From positions 186,001-250,000 of the forward strand of contig JAVKOQ020000046.1 in assembly GCA_031835245.2 (NCBI GenBank): a DNA stretch of 64,000 nt, written 5' to 3'. This DNA comes from Balamuthia mandrillaris. Taxonomy: Eukaryota. This document shows, piece by piece, positions 37,785-53,390 of this stretch (its first letter is position 1; every line of letters begins with the position of its first letter). Made by a program: the position numbers and the translations under genes. Below the pieces are notes generated by a model, which was not told the origin of the DNA, ran no database searches, and saw only the letters and a list, made by a program, of their open reading frames with translations.

Positions 37785-38678
37785 TTTTTGTTCGTTGTGG
37801 ACGCCTTCAAAATCCAACACAACACAAAATAAAAGGCTTTTTTTTTGGGGGGCTTGCCGCAAACGAAAAAATAAAGAAGAAGCAGGAAGAGGCTGCAGGG
37901 AAGGCCTTTTGGTCTCGCTTCTTCTTCTTTGTTGCTTTCTCTGCGTAACTGTTTTTTGTGTGGTGTTGTATATTTGTCGACATTTGCTACTTTCTTCCGA
38001 TTTTCTTTTCTTTGTACTTCATGTCGACCTTACCCTGCACCGCAGACGTCAGTTGTTTTATTTTTCCAAATTTTTAAACAAAATATCGAAAATATCGAAT
38101 GGTCGTCAAATAGTCGTAAAATGGCCTGTCTCTTGGCGGCGTTGTTCTCCTCCGAAAACACACCGATTTTTTTTGTTGTGCCGATAGGAAGTGACCGTTT
38201 TTTTTTTTCTGGGTTGCTTGTTGAGGCCCCCACCCTTCAACCTAGAGTACCTGCCCGTCAAAGCTATCATCTGCTAACCAAGATTATTAAGCTTGCTTTC
38301 CCTGTTTTGCTTTGGTTTGTAGTAGAGCCTGGAAAGGGGGGGGCAGCCCAGCCAAACAGAAAAACAAGAAGACCCTCCCCCTTTATATTCTGTTGATACC
38401 ACGCTGGAACTCTCTCCCTTTGATCAGTGAGGCGTGAGCAGCAAACTCGCGTCTCTGGTGCCTTACCGCAGAGTACGTCCCGTTTTTATTTTTCTGCCTG
38501 CTTAAAGCAGCATTTGGTGGATCTTTTTTTTTTGTGGTCCACTAATGCATTATTTGCTGACCCGTTAAATTGGTGCGGCGGCAGAAACAGATAAACGACG
38601 AAGGATATTTTTCTCTCGTTACACGTGGTCAAAGAGAAAGAAAGAAAAGGAGGAGGGAAGCATTGAAACAGAGAGAAA

Positions 38679-41600
38679 ATGGCTTCCGAGAATGAAAGAA
38701 AAGAGCGGAGAAAGGGCATCGCCTTCCTTGCTAAGGCGATTGTGGCTGAGGGCGGCGGCAATGCCGGCTCCTCGGAGGGCGGTGGTGGAACCGGGGAGGA
38801 GGGAAGCAGCAAAAATGAAGAAACGACCCAAGACCAAGACTTGACCTCTCAAGCCGTTCAACAGCAGCTGCGCGACCGCATTCGGCAGGAAGGTAGGGTT
38901 AGTGGCAGAGAGGGGGACAGAGAACAACAAACGCCACTGCAACCACAACCACCTCAAAACCAAGCTCGAACGTCCGGTGTGCTGCGCACCTCCCCTCGCT
39001 CCTCTCCTTCTCCTTCGTTCGACAAAACGCCAATAGTTCCTTTTGAAATTCCTGTTCCATCCGTTCCGAAACTATCGTTTACATCCCCCTCATCCTCTGC
39101 GCCCAATTCTGCTGCTCCATCTAAAAGCTCAACACCTTCTTCCTCCTGCGTGTCATCTCCTTCCGGTTCTTTTAGTTTCCCTTCTGCTGGCAACGGGCAT
39201 TATCCCCCCACAAGCAGCGAAGAGGCTTGTGCTGATTCCGTTTGGACAAGAGCAGAGCAACCGGTGCTCACTGAGGAAAAGATGCTGCGGTTAAGGGAAC
39301 AAGCCATTTCAGAGCTCATTACAACGGAGACGGACTATGTCCGTGACATCAAGCTTATCTATAGTGTACCGATTTCGTTCCTCTTATTTTTCTCGTTCTC
39401 TTCGTTCTTCTCTGCTACTTTGCTTATCTCGTTATCTCGACTCTCTTCTCTCTGCTTTCTTTCTCTTCTCTCTTCTCTTCTCTCTTCTCTCTTCTCTCTT
39501 CTCTCTTCTCTCTCCTCTCTTCTCTCTCTGACCCGTCTCCTTTTGACCAAACTTGCTTTCCACTATTACAAACAGTTGTACTATCACCCATTGAAGCAGC
39601 TGGGCATATTGGACAAACAGCAATTTATCGGCATCTTCAGCAACCTTCAAATCATTATCAATGTTAACACTGAGCTGGAGGCTACCCTCAGCAATTGTGA
39701 CCCTAAGGATCCAAACCAATGTATTGGTCCGATTTTCATCAAAGCGGTTCGTTAGTGCTTTGCTCTCATCCATCTCTTGCTTTTGTTTTTATTTTGGTTA
39801 TTTTGGTTTGTTTTTGTTTTCTCTTTGTTGTTGTCTTTTTTTTTTTTTTCTCATTCTCACGAACCTGTTCACTGCACCTTGTTTCAAACAACAACAGGCG
39901 GATTATTTAAAAATGTATACACAGTACTGCGCCAACCAATCCAAATGTGTAACTATCTTAGACGAGCTTGAACAAAGTAACAAAGCCTTTGCATCCTTCT
40001 TGGACGTATGTTTAGTCTTTGGTATCTCCACATGTGTGCACGCTTTTTTGTAACACTTTATATTCTGCCTACTTTGGTTTCTTCTTTAGGATTGTGCCAC
40101 CAGCGCGGGATCCAGAGGCCTCTCGATCAACAGTTTTCTGATAAAACCTGTGCAACGCATCTGTAAATACCCCTTGTTTTTGAAGGTTTGTACCAAGCCT
40201 TGTATTTCTTCTTCTACCTATTTTGTTTTTTTTCTTTCTTCATTTGTCTCATTTATCATTTTCTGTCTTAATGCTTCTATAGGAGCTGCTAAAATATACA
40301 CCTGATAGCCATCCTGATTATAAAGACCTACAAGCCGCTTATGAGAAAGTCTCATCAGTGGTGGAGGTTGTGAACCAGAAAAAACGTGAATCAGAAGACA
40401 TGCAAAAGATACTGGAAATTCAAGGAACCATTCAAGGCCTACACGAGGTTTGCTCTCTTATTGGCGTCTTCTCATTCTCTATGACTCTCTTCTGCTTCTT
40501 CTCAACGTTGTTCTCATGTAACAGGGTCTTAAGTTATTGGAACCAGCACGGCGGTTAGTTATGGAAGGATGGATGCATAAAGTGGCACATCATGGACGAG
40601 CACAATACCGTCTCTTCTATCTATTTACTGATCTGCTGATCTACGTAAAGCCCCTCATGATGTCCCACTCGAAGAACAAACAAGGCGCCCCTGCAAAGGT
40701 ATGCTCTTACTTAACGCCGCTCGCCATGTGCTCACAGTTCGCATTTTTGCTTTCTTTATTTTTCAAATATTACAGCCAAAGCTGAACCGTTCTCTGTCAC
40801 GTTCTAACCTGAAGGGCGTGGTCCAGAAGGGCCGCGAGATAACTAAGCAGGTGACCAGCGGGAGAAAGCAGTATCAGTTCAAGGGTTATGTTGATCTACG
40901 CAAAGCGATCTTGCGTGATGTTGACTCTAATGGTCAGCATTCTCTCTCCCCCTCCCTTCCCCATGCATTGACTCACACTTGTTATTGTTTCGGGTGGTTG
41001 CTATTGTTCCTTTTCCTATTTAGAGTTTCAACACGCCTTTGAGATCATTCGTTTGGAAGGAAAGAAGACGCCGGTGCTGATAGTGTGCGCTGACCAAGAA
41101 GAAAAAGACAGGTGGTACAACGCCATCAATGAAAACATATCTACCTACCTCAAACATGCCAAAGAAAAAGACATGCACTCGATGGGCCGTAGCCCCACAT
41201 ATAGCATTCTTCCTCCCCTCCAGCTTCCTCGTGAGGGACATTCTCTCTCTTTGCTCTCTCCTCGCTCTCCCCCGGCGCTATCTCCAACCTCCTACGAACG
41301 CTCTGTCTCTCTGCCCAGCATTCATTCCCTTTCCAACCCACAAGAGAAAGAGAAGAGAGCAGAAAAAGATGAAGAAGCGGAAGAAGCTGGGGCAGAGAGC
41401 CGACCCTCCTTCCTTCACTCTCCACGTTCAATTCCCATCATCTCTCCTCGCTCCTCCATTCTTGATAAAAATGGGGGAGGAAGCACACCTCACTCCTCTT
41501 CCGCTTCTTCTTCAGCTGCTGCTAGCTTTGCTTCTTCCCCGACCTCCTCCTCCTCTGCCTCTCTTCTTTCATCCCCCAACGCCTCTGCAACAAAACTGCC

Positions 41601-41967
41601 GCCACCAATTCCCTCTGCTGCTTCCAAACCAATCACTCTGCTCTCACGCGAGCAAAACGCTGGAACAAGCTCTCCATCTGTCCCACTGCGCAGCACTTCT
41701 CCACGTCAAAGCGCTCAAGGCAATGCGGCTGGACTGTTGCATCAGCGGCAGCCAGTGGTCAAGGATCAACTCTTCTCCAACATGTTGGCCAGCAAGCTAA
41801 ATGGAACTTCGCCCACCACAACAGCGCCGGCAACAGCAGCAGCAACGGCGAATCGAGGCCCTCCTGAAGAGCAGCGGAGAACAAGTGCCAATAAAACGTC
41901 TTCTCCTGTAAAGACCGCCGCCTTCCCTTGGATGTCCCCCTCTTCCCGGACAAACGCTGCCACATGA
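38679..41967 (+). CDS. Dbl-family RhoGEF (DH-PH) with S/P-rich termini, multi-exon
   Basis: [70 protein letters not shown], then PH: RRLVMEG...FYLFTDLLIY...EEKDRWYNAI. Confidence 0.93.
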
Positions 41968-42379
41968 CACCGCTCTCTCTTATCCTCCGCCACCTTCCTC
42001 GCACTGGACTCTCCTGTCCTCTCTCTTGACTATCCCACCCCAAAAAAAAAATCTGCACATGATTTAATCCCTTTTGTCCTCGCCTTGTTTTTTTGGTGGA
42101 GAGAAGAAAGAAGTGAAGGAAGACACGGACGAAGCAAGGAAGGAAGGAGTAGCAAGCTTCTTTCTTTGTGAAGGACATTGTTTTTTTTTTTTTTCTGTTG
42201 CGAGAAAGTAATTTTTTTGTTTGTTGTTTGGTTGTGGAACATCTCTTGCATTTCCCCTCCTTTTTTTTTGTTTGTCTTTCTACGGATCGAGAGAGAGTGT
42301 GTAGCGGGTGTACATGCCTGAGACGAAGAGGCGCTCTCAGTTTATAACTTCCCTCGTCCCTTCTCTCTTTTTCTTTTTG

Positions 42380-43472
42380 ATGACGGAAGCCGCACAGCCA
42401 TCCTCACAATCTCCCTTTCTTCTACTCAGAGCAAACGGTTTGATTTGATTCCTTCGTTTCCTCTGATGATTTTTTTTCTCAAGTTCAAAAAAAAAAGATA
42501 GTCAGCTTAGGATGTGTGTTGTTGATCGTTTCTTTCTGCTTCTCTTCCTTCTTTCAGTTAAACCTCAGTTGAATGGAGCGACCAACCTGTTGCAGCACTT
42601 TGGGTTGACGACAGAGTGGAACAGCAAGGACGTGCCGCCTACCTACGAGCCATACATTTCACACTTGCCTGGAGACCTGGATACAGACGACCCCAACACA
42701 CGACTGCGGCCGCTCTTTCGGCAGGATGAGTTTCCCATCGTGGAGGAGGAGGACAACGCCATCCTGCCTCCCCTTGGTGCGGAGGCTTTCAAGGCCTTCA
42801 CACTGGAGGAAGGCCCCATCCTAGAGGTAGGACACTTCTTTCATCGCAGTGCCTTCTTGTTTGTGCGCTTGTTTCGTGGGCTTTTGTAGTTTATTCGCTT
42901 TGTTGTTTGTTTGTTTGTTTGTTCGTTCGTTTGTTGTATTGTTGTGGTTGTTTCTCTTCTGATGAGCCTACGTTTGTATGAATAAGGACAAAAAGAAAAA
43001 GGAACACAGACACAAACACAAGCATAGGCACAAGCATAGACGCAAGCACAAACATCGGGAAGGAGAAGAAGATACAAATGAAGAAGGAGCAGAGCACAAA
43101 CGACACAGACATAAGGTACACTTTATATTGCACCACTTATTTTTTGTTCCGTTACCTTTTCTCCCTGTTCGCTCCTTTCTCTCTCTCTCTCTCTCTCTCT
43201 GTCCACATTAAAACTTATCTTGTATCTTGTGTACAACCAGAAAAAGAGACATAAGGATAAAGAAGAAGGAGAGAACGGACGGAAAAAGAAACGAAGAAAG
43301 AAAGAAAAGGTATTTTTCTCTCTCTCTTATTCTCTTACGTTTCCTCTAAACGATGATAATTCATGATCAGCATCGAGAAGAATCACCAAACAGTCATAAC
43401 CATCATCACCCAAACGACACCAGCGCAGCCAACAACAACAACGGTACTCACACGTTACTGTCAACCAAATAA
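42380..43472 (+). CDS. MED19: Mediator subunit 19-like protein, multi-exon
   Basis: LNGATNLLQHFGL...YISHLPGDLD...LRPL...AFTLEEGP followed by a K/H-rich tail (HRHKHKHRHKH, KKKRRKKEK). An in-frame upstream ATG exists at 42314. Confidence 0.8.
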
Positions 43473-43560
43473 ACAATCATTGAAACAAGGAAATAAAAGA
43501 AATAAAAGAGAGGAGGGATACAATCAAACACCAAAGCGGAGAGAGATAGAGGAGGAGAGA

Positions 43561-43609
<49 letters not shown>

Positions 43610-43748
43610 GAGAAAATAACGGTACCGCCATGGCAGTGCCTTCCATGCCCACCGCCAGAGGAGAGCGGGAGAGGGGCGTATTCTGTGCAGGTATACTTGT
43701 GCTCGTTTGCTGCTCTCCTATAGTCGACAAGAAAAGAAGAACAAAAAG

Positions 43749-45479
<1,731 letters not shown>

Positions 45480-45616
45480 CAATAAACACCTTTTTGTTGT
45501 TGCTGCTGTAACGCTTTGGTTTTGCTTTGGTGTTTTGTTTGTTGTTTTCGAAAAGAAAGGAAAAAAAACAAAGTGTAAGAAAAAGAAGAAGAGGCGTGGC
45601 GGAACGGACATCGCGA

Positions 45617-47436
45617 ATGCAGGCGAGGGGAGGGCTTGGTGGAGGCATGGCAAGGACCTCTTTGTCCCGTTGTTTCAGGCTGAAGGTGCACAAACTCTTT
45701 ACCAGTAACTATGCTTACACCTCGGTCGGTATGCAAAAGACAAAAAAAAAAACAAACAGCGCCCCCTCCTTCCTCTGATGATGCACAAAGACAAACAGTA
45801 GTGGGCCAACTTTGTTTTCTTGTTTGTTGTTGTTTGTTGTCCGCTGTGGCAATAGTTTGTTGGAGCAGATCGTATTTCACAACTGGAACCCTCCATCTTT
45901 GGTGAGATCACCGCCCTCGCCATCCAACACAAAGCGGCTAACCTCGGCCAAGGATTTCCTGGTAAAAATCCTGATCCCTCTTGATCCCATCCCTCCATCT
46001 CAATCTGATGAATGACCCTCTCGCCCTCTCCATCTTGAAGACTTTGAGGCGCCCCAATTCGTGACAGAGGCCGCCAAGCAAGCCATCTCCCAAGGGCTCA
46101 ACCAGTACACCCGCCCAGGGGGTCATCCCCGCCTGGTGCAGGCCCTCTCCCGCTTCTACTCCCCGCTCTTCCAGCGCGAGCTGGACCCGCTGCGCCACAT
46201 CATCACCACGGTGGGCGCCACACAGGGCCTCTTCCTGGCCATCCTCTCGCTGGTCAATCCGGGGGAGGAGGTCCTCTTGATGGAGCCCTTCTACGACAGC
46301 TATCCGGCCAATGTGCTGATGGCAGGGGGCGTCCCTGTCTACGTGCCGCTGCGGCCGGCGCAGAGGGCAGCGGGCGAGTGGCGGCTGGACTTGGAGGAGC
46401 TGAGGAGCAAGGTGAGGCCCGGCAAAACCAGGATGCTGATCGTGAACAACCCCGCGAATGTGCCCGGCAAGCGTTGGAGTAGGAAGGAACTGGAGGGTCT
46501 TGCGGACATTGCCAAACAAAACGATTTGATAGTACTCAGGTTTGTTGGTCTTTTTTAGGTTGGGATAGTGCATTTGTTTGGGAGACGGAGCGGGATCGAC
46601 AACGTTTAGATTGACCCCTTTGCAACTGCAGCGATGAAGTGTATGAGTGGATGGTATATGATGGCGTTGAGCATGTGCGAATTGCCACTTTGCCTGGCAT
46701 GTTTGATAGGACAATTACCTTTGGTACTCTCTCTCCTCTCCTCTCCTCTCCTCTCCTCTCCTCTCCCTCTCCTCTCTCCTCTCCTCTCCTCTCCTCCTCC
46801 TCTCCTCTCTCTCTCCTCTCTCTCCTCTCCTCTCCTCTCCTCTCCTCTCCTCTCCTCTCTCGCTCTTTAAACTCAATTGTGTGGACAACAACGCACCAAA
46901 AACCAAATAAAGGGAGTGCAGGAAAAAGCTTTTCAGTGACGGGATGGAAGGTAGGTTGGGCCATAGGTCCAACGCCTCTCATTTCAGCAATGAACACCAT
47001 GTACCAGTACAACACGTTCTCTCACTCCACTCCGCTGCAAGAGGCCGTAGCTGTGGCCTTTGAGAACGCTGAACGAGAAGGCTACTTCCCTTGGCTCAAG
47101 GACATGTTCCAGCGAAAACGGGACAAGTTGGTCACAACGTTGAACAATTGCGGATTGACTCCGGTTGTGCCTCAGGGGTCCTACTTTGTGTTGGCGGATA
47201 CGAGCAAAGTGAAAGATAGCTCCTTGCGGGGGGCGTCAGCTTCGCTGGAGGATGAACAAAGAAGAGATCTCTTGTTTTGCAAGTGGTTGATCAAGGAGAA
47301 AGGCGTGGCGGCCATTCCACCGAGCTCCTTTTACAGCAAAGCTCACAGGCACATCGTCAAAGACTTTGCAAGATTCGCTTTCTGCAAGAAGGACGAAGTT
47401 TTGGAGCTTGCCGCCCAACGTTTGCAAAACCTTTGA
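45617..47436 (+). CDS. Class I PLP aminotransferase (kynurenine/methionine aminotransferase, glutamine transaminase K-like)
   Basis: AANLGQGFP-DF, NQYTRPGGHPRL, EPFYDSY, NNPANVPGK, SDEVYE, GSAGKSFSVTGWKVGW (PLP lysine) and RFAFCK. The first exon/start is tentative. Confidence 0.92.
46727..46860. repeat. Intronic (CTCCT)n microsatellite
   Basis: Directly visible in the in-frame intron of the aminotransferase. Confidence 0.95.
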
Positions 47437-48473
47437 CGCCTTGTTTTTTGTACTTCAAATACATGGACTCTATCCTCCATCTTAACGACGAGCCAAAGCC
47501 CCGCCTGTGCTGTGCGCATTATCACGTGAGGCAACGCCCATCCTGCTTAGATCGAGTGAGATGTGATCTACTTTTGTAACTCCGATCCAACTCCAGACCA
47601 ATAAACATCAGCCACGTCAGCCAAATTGATAACAAAAGGAAATGTTTGACCATCAATAATTGTTTCTAAAAGTTGACAAACATCCCACCAACAAAAAAAA
47701 ACCGCCAAAAACAACAACCAAAAAAACAGAATCAAAAAAAAAAAGCCGCAAACAAAGAAAAAAATTAAAAAAAAAAAAGAAGGAAAAAGGAACGCTTTTT
47801 TTTGGCACTCTCTCCTTCCAAGACCCACCGGCCCAACGCCCCCCAAAAAAAAACCCTTCTCAACGGAAGAAGAAAGAAAGGAAAAAAAAAACAAGGTTAG
47901 CTGTTGAGTTGAATCTGTGTTGAGAGGGTGTGTGTTGTGACACACGATTTTTTTTGATCCGTTCTCTCTTTTTTTTTTTGTTTCCCCCCGTTTTTTTTTT
48001 GTCCTCGTTAAAATCTTTTCTTCGTACTTTATTTTTTCATCGCTTGTGATGTGATTTGGCGTGCCGCTACTTTTTTTGTTTTGATTTGATTTGGTGTGAG
48101 GACAATCACCACTCCGCCGCGAGAGAGCATAGCAGAAAAATTTAAAAGGCAGTGCAAAACGAGGTTTTTAATTTTTGATTTTTGTCCCTCCTGGGAAACC
48201 TCTTTCACGGCAAAAAACCTACTCTTGTGCGCCACCGTGAATCTTACTGCCAAATCCTCCACCACCGCCCATCTATCTTCCACGCCCTTTTCATTTTTCC
48301 TCTTTTTGTGTGTTTTTTTGCGCTCATTTGTAAAATTTTTGAAAGACGACTTGTTTGCTGACTTTGCTGTTTCCCCTTTTTCCTGCTCTTTGCCGCTTCC
48401 AGTTCCTTCAACAAGCCCTCGTCGCCCAACGCTGCATCTAAGATCTTCTTGACACACACAAATCGTCGACACC

Positions 48474-50839
48474 ATGAGCGACTCGGAGACATCCCCGATA
48501 GAGGAACAGAACCATGTAGAGGAGCAAGAAAACGGCGCCAACGAAGGCGCGGGGGAAGAGGAATTACACAAAGGAGAAGGGCAAGAAGGCAACCTTGATG
48601 ATTATGAGGATGAAGATGGCGAAGAGGAGTTCATTGAGGAAGAGGAATACGACGAAGAGTATGATGATGAAGGTAAGTGAAGACAAAAACATGGCAGACA
48701 TTATATTTAATTTTTGATTTCATTTTTTTTTGGGCACAGACGAGGGCGACGACGCCGACCTCTCCCAAAAACTGAACGAGCTTAGGGGTATGATGGGCAA
48801 CTTTTATCCATTCGGGACACAGAGTCAATACACGTCCGTGGACCTTGTGCTCAGCAAAGAGGAGTTTGAGCTCGAAGAGCTTCTAGAGTTGGATGACTTT
48901 TTGCCTGACCTCAAACGAGGAAAATCTAACCTCCTCTCATAGTATGCCTCTTTCGTTCTCTCACTTCTCCTTCCCTCCTTCCCTCCTCCGCTTGTTATTT
49001 TGTGTTTTATTCCTCTAATCTATTGCGCACTCTTCAAAGCCTTGTTCAAGGGGAAGTGTTGGAGAAGCTTATCGCCTATATTTCAAGCGAACCTAAGGAA
49101 GAGGAAGACACAGATGAGGCGGAGGTGGAAAGACAAAAGAGGTATCACCTTTTCATAAACTGTATGCAAAACAAGAACCACTAAACTAGTTTGTGGCTTC
49201 ATATCAACTGGTAACCAGATTTGCTCATCTGGCCTACGAAGCCATTCAGTCGGAAATTCTCAAGGAGGCAATCATCAACGATCATACCATGCTGGACAAG
49301 TTCTTTGCGTTTTTGGATATAACTGTAGAGATGGACCCTCTTCGCTGCGCCTATTTCTCCCGGATTGTGGAACTGCTTTTTGAAAGGTTCCCAAAAGAGC
49401 TGGTTTCTTACCTGCGGAAGAAGAACTGCATTGTGGCGAAGTTTGTCTGGCACATCAACAACCAATACATCGTGGAGAGCCTTTTCCGACTCATAGATTC
49501 ACAGATCTCGCATCAATGGCTGCACGATGAAGACCTGATCCCGTTGCTTATGTTCAAGATGGCCGAGTGTGAGGACCCCGAGACACAGGAGAAGACCGCC
49601 TCCACTTTTGTAGAGATTCTCGATCTCTTTGTACCATTCCCCTATTCCATCCTCACAACCCAAATGTTCCACAGCGAAATTGTAGCAGAACAATGGGAGC
49701 AATTTACCCTTTCTGAGGTAAGACAACTCGCAATTTCTACTTAGCTCTCTCTCTTTCCTCTTTTTTTAACCTGTTTGTTGTACTTCAGCCAACAAACTAT
49801 AACAAGATACAAAACGGATTGAACGTAGCCATCGGCATTCTCAACTTGTCCTACGAAGGAAATATGGCCGATGAAACTCCTATTTTCATGAAAACAGTCA
49901 TCAACAGGCTGGACTTCTTTTTGGGTCTTTTGAAGAATCCACAGGTTGCCTTTTGCTCCCTTTGTTGCCGACGCTTCTCATTCTTACCTTAATTCTTGTC
50001 ACTTTTCAAAAGGATCCTACGAAAGAGTTCCCGATGACCTATGGCAAGCTTACACCACCTTTTGGATTCTTGCGAGTTAAGATCCTTGAATTCTTGAGCG
50101 CTCTTCTTAACTCCCGATACCAAAGTGTGGTGGACGCGTTGTGGAAGACTGAGCCGAACATTTTTACCACTCTCTTGGTGCTAACTTTCTTTTTCTTTCC
50201 CTCTCAAAACCTTGTGCTAATGTTACGAAACATACAGGATATTTTGTTTTTCTACAAGTGGAACAACACTCTGCACTACTATGTGGATCAGATAATCTCC
50301 ACCATCATGTCTCTGGACAACGGAGACAACATCGTTTCTGTTCTCATCCAAAAGTGCAACATGCTTGAGCGTTTTGCTGAAGTGTTGAAAACAGAGACGG
50401 ACAGGACGGTGGGCTACCTCGGACACTTAGTGCACCTCTCCAACGAGCTCATCAAAGCCTCCACCTACCACGAGCCTCTTGCTAAGCTTCTTGAAGGTTT
50501 GTTCTAGCTCAGTCTTATCACAATAATTTCTTTCCTCATTTCTTCTTTCTTCTTTACCCTCAAGCAGAGAACGCGGCCTGGCAACAAGTCCAAAACAAGC
50601 TAAAAGAGTTGAACGACCTGAACAACACGCCGTTGGGTGGCGGAGTGCCAACGGGAGGGATGACGCAAGAGGAGGTGCTGGGGCACCTCTCCCTCATGGG
50701 CTTGACCGATCAAGAGGGCGAGAACCGCGAGGGAGATGAGTTCATGTACGAACAAGAGGGAGAGGGAGAGGACATTCGATACGAGGAAGATGGAGATTCG
50801 GATGAGGATGAGGGAGGAGGGGATCCTGGAAGCGAATGA
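48474..50839 (+). CDS. SIT4-associated protein / PP6 regulatory subunit (SAPS domain), multi-exon
   Basis: FELEELLELDDFLPDLK, AYFSRIVELL, YGKLTPPFGFLRVKILEF, LFFYKWNNTLHYYV and GYLGHLVHLSNEL. Confidence 0.9.
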
Positions 50840-51032
50840 AAACGAAATAACAACAAAAATGAAAACAAGGAAGGCACGAACGGAATTGGATAGGATGGGT
50901 TTGCTTTTAAAAATACTTATTTTTGAACTTATTCTTCAGCCCTTTCTCTTCTCTTCTCTCCTGCATTTCTTTGCTTCTTTCAGTCACTTCCTCTCTCTTT
51001 TTATTTCCAGCCACTACTTAGTACAACAGTTT

Positions 51033-52790
51033 TTAGAGAGTAAGGTTAGAAAGGGCATTGGAGGCAACTGTGCTCAGCGCTGCGTCGCTGCTGCTCTTGA
51101 ACCTTTGAACCGCGGAGACGGCGCCTTTATCCTGCAGCCTTTTGCGTATGGCTCCTTTGTTTTGTTTTTTTCCCTCCTTCGTTAGTATCTCTAACAAGAA
51201 GAAAACAACATAAGAGAAAGAGAAACCATCTTGGGAAAGGTTGGTTATAGCGCGGAGGGCGTGAAGGGCCAGTTGAGAGTCAGCGTTTTGAAGAGCTTGC
51301 ACCGTTGCCACGTCGCCATCCACTGAAGCCACTGCTTGACGCCCTTCCTCTGCACAGCAGGATATCTCCCTGTTCAGCATACACAACCAAAATACCAAAC
51401 AACACCAAAAAAGAGATAACAAACCGGTGAGAGCAAGGTTCTGGACGATCTGTAAGGCAAAGGCCAGGACGGTGGCATCGGAGCTCGCGAGACGCCTCGT
51501 GATGGCGCTGATCAGGTCGGCGTTGATGATCTCTTTCACAGCAGAAGCTGACCAAACAAACAAAAAAAAAACTAAGCGAGAAGGACAGAAGGAGTGAAGC
51601 GCAAACGGCATACCGTGGCCGGAGAGGTTGACCAGAGCGGTCAAGGCTTTAACTTGGTCTTGGGCGTCGCAGTTGCCTTTGATCACGTTGCCAATATCCC
51701 CCACGAAGCCGACCAGCTTCTCATGAGCGCTCGCTGCAAGGTCCGCTCCAGGTAAGCATCAAAACAAAAGACAAACAAGAACACAAAAACCAGAAAAGAA
51801 AAACTACGTTGGCAGGAAAGAGCAGCAAGAGCCCTGGAATAAAGAGGCGAGAACAACAGGTCAACGAAAGCACACCGGCAAGGAAAAAAATACAGAAAAA
51901 AAGAAGAGAAGACTCACCATAGAGCATACTTCCTGTTGGCAGCACTGCTGGAAGAACGCAGTATTTGACCACAAGGGGCAACGGTCCCTGCTTTGATGAA
52001 CTCTACACAGACTGGACCTGTTTTGTTGTTCCTTGTGAGCTCAAATAGAACAGAAAGAAAAGGACAAAGAAGAAGAAGAAGAAGGGGGGGGGGGGAGAAC
52101 AAGAAGAAGAAGAACAAGAAGAAGAGGAACATGAGAAAATCAAACAGAAAATACACGCCATTCACGCTGCTGTTAGCGACCAACATCAATGCGGCAGAGA
52201 GCGTGTCCTCGTCAGAAGAAGAGAGGATGGCTTTGATCACAGGAACGGCTCCTTCCTCCACAAGCTGCGCTCTTAGCTCGTTCTCGGCGACAGTAATGTT
52301 GGCGAGAGCGGCCAAAGCTCTTTCCTGCAGCGCATTCTCGTCACTTCTCAAAGCGTTGATCAAAGCTGACACAGCGCCTGTCTCATGACCCATGCTTTGA
52401 CGACTGGGAGCTGAAAGAGAGAAACAAAAACAATTCTGCGTAAGAAAAGGAGAAGAAGACGACGTCATCCGAGAATGATGAGAGAACGTTACCGTGAAGA
52501 GAAAGGTTAGCCAGAGCGTGAGCAGCCAAGATCTTGATGATGGGCTTTTCAGAGGTGCTCAACAGCTTGACGATGGGCGTGAGGGCATCTCTTTTGTGAA
52601 CGAACTGGCGGTTCTCCTCTTCGAGGGTGTAGTTGATGATCTCTCGGAGGGCTGCCTCTTGTTTTGTCTCGTCGGTGGAGGACAGGTTGATGATCTCCAC
52701 CTCGATGGGAGAAGACTGTCCAGGGGCGCCCTCAGCCGCCGCCAGACCAGACTCCAAGTTTGCCAAAATTGCTTCCAACGGATCCGCCAT
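51033..52790 (-). CDS. Armadillo-repeat protein (Vac8-like), multi-exon
   Basis: Repeated ARM helices: ALTPIVKLL...AAHALANLS, GAVSALINAL...ALAALANIT, GAVPVIKAIL, ALTALVNLS, ALRAITNLS and ASNALSNL. Confidence 0.85.
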
Positions 52791-52919
52791 CAGTTTTTCT
52801 TCTCTGCTCTTCCCTCTTTCTGCTATTTCCCCTTCTCGGATCGTTACAGACGTGAGCGTGGACAAGAGAGCGCAATATTTCCAGGATGGACAGGAGAGTG
52901 CCTATGTGACATCATCATT

Positions 52920-52955
52920 TAACCCTAACCCTAATTTTAACCCTAACCCTAATTT
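52920..52955. promoter_or_regulatory. Tandem duplication of an 18-nt unit TAACCCTAACCCTAATTT (telomere-like, telo-box-like) in a divergent promoter
   Basis: Two exact copies at 52920-52937 and 52938-52955, between ATGs at 52790 (-) and 53008 (+). Confidence 0.6.
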
Positions 52956-53007
52956 TTAGCCTAGAACAAAAATTTCTCGAATAAAAATAAAAATAAGAAA
53001 AAAAAAG

Positions 53008-53344
53008 ATGAAGGCGGGAAGTTGTGGATTGCTTCGCTCGACAACGAATCGGACTGCGACGACGGGGGCGTGGAGAGTTGCCTCGTCGAGTTCGCGCCGC
53101 TCCGCGGTGGTGGCCTCTTCTGTCTTTGCCTCTTCGTCTTCTTCTTCTTCCTTGGCCACTCCCCGATTGTTCTCCACCCTTCAAACCACTACGACACCAC
53201 GCAGCGTGGCAGCCACTGGCTGTAGCAATGTGCGGACACCTTCTCCTTCCTTTGTCGCCCAACGAACTTTGTAAGCATTTCGTCACATATGAGCTTTTGT
53301 GTTGTTTTTCGCTGCTGCTAAACAACCACCCTTGCTTTATTCTG

Positions 53345-53390
<46 letters not shown>

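Noticed and set aside
38396..38511. U1 or U5 snRNA call
   Set aside because: Lacks the invariant ACTTACCTG and GCCTTTTAC sequences; kept only as an unassigned candidate.
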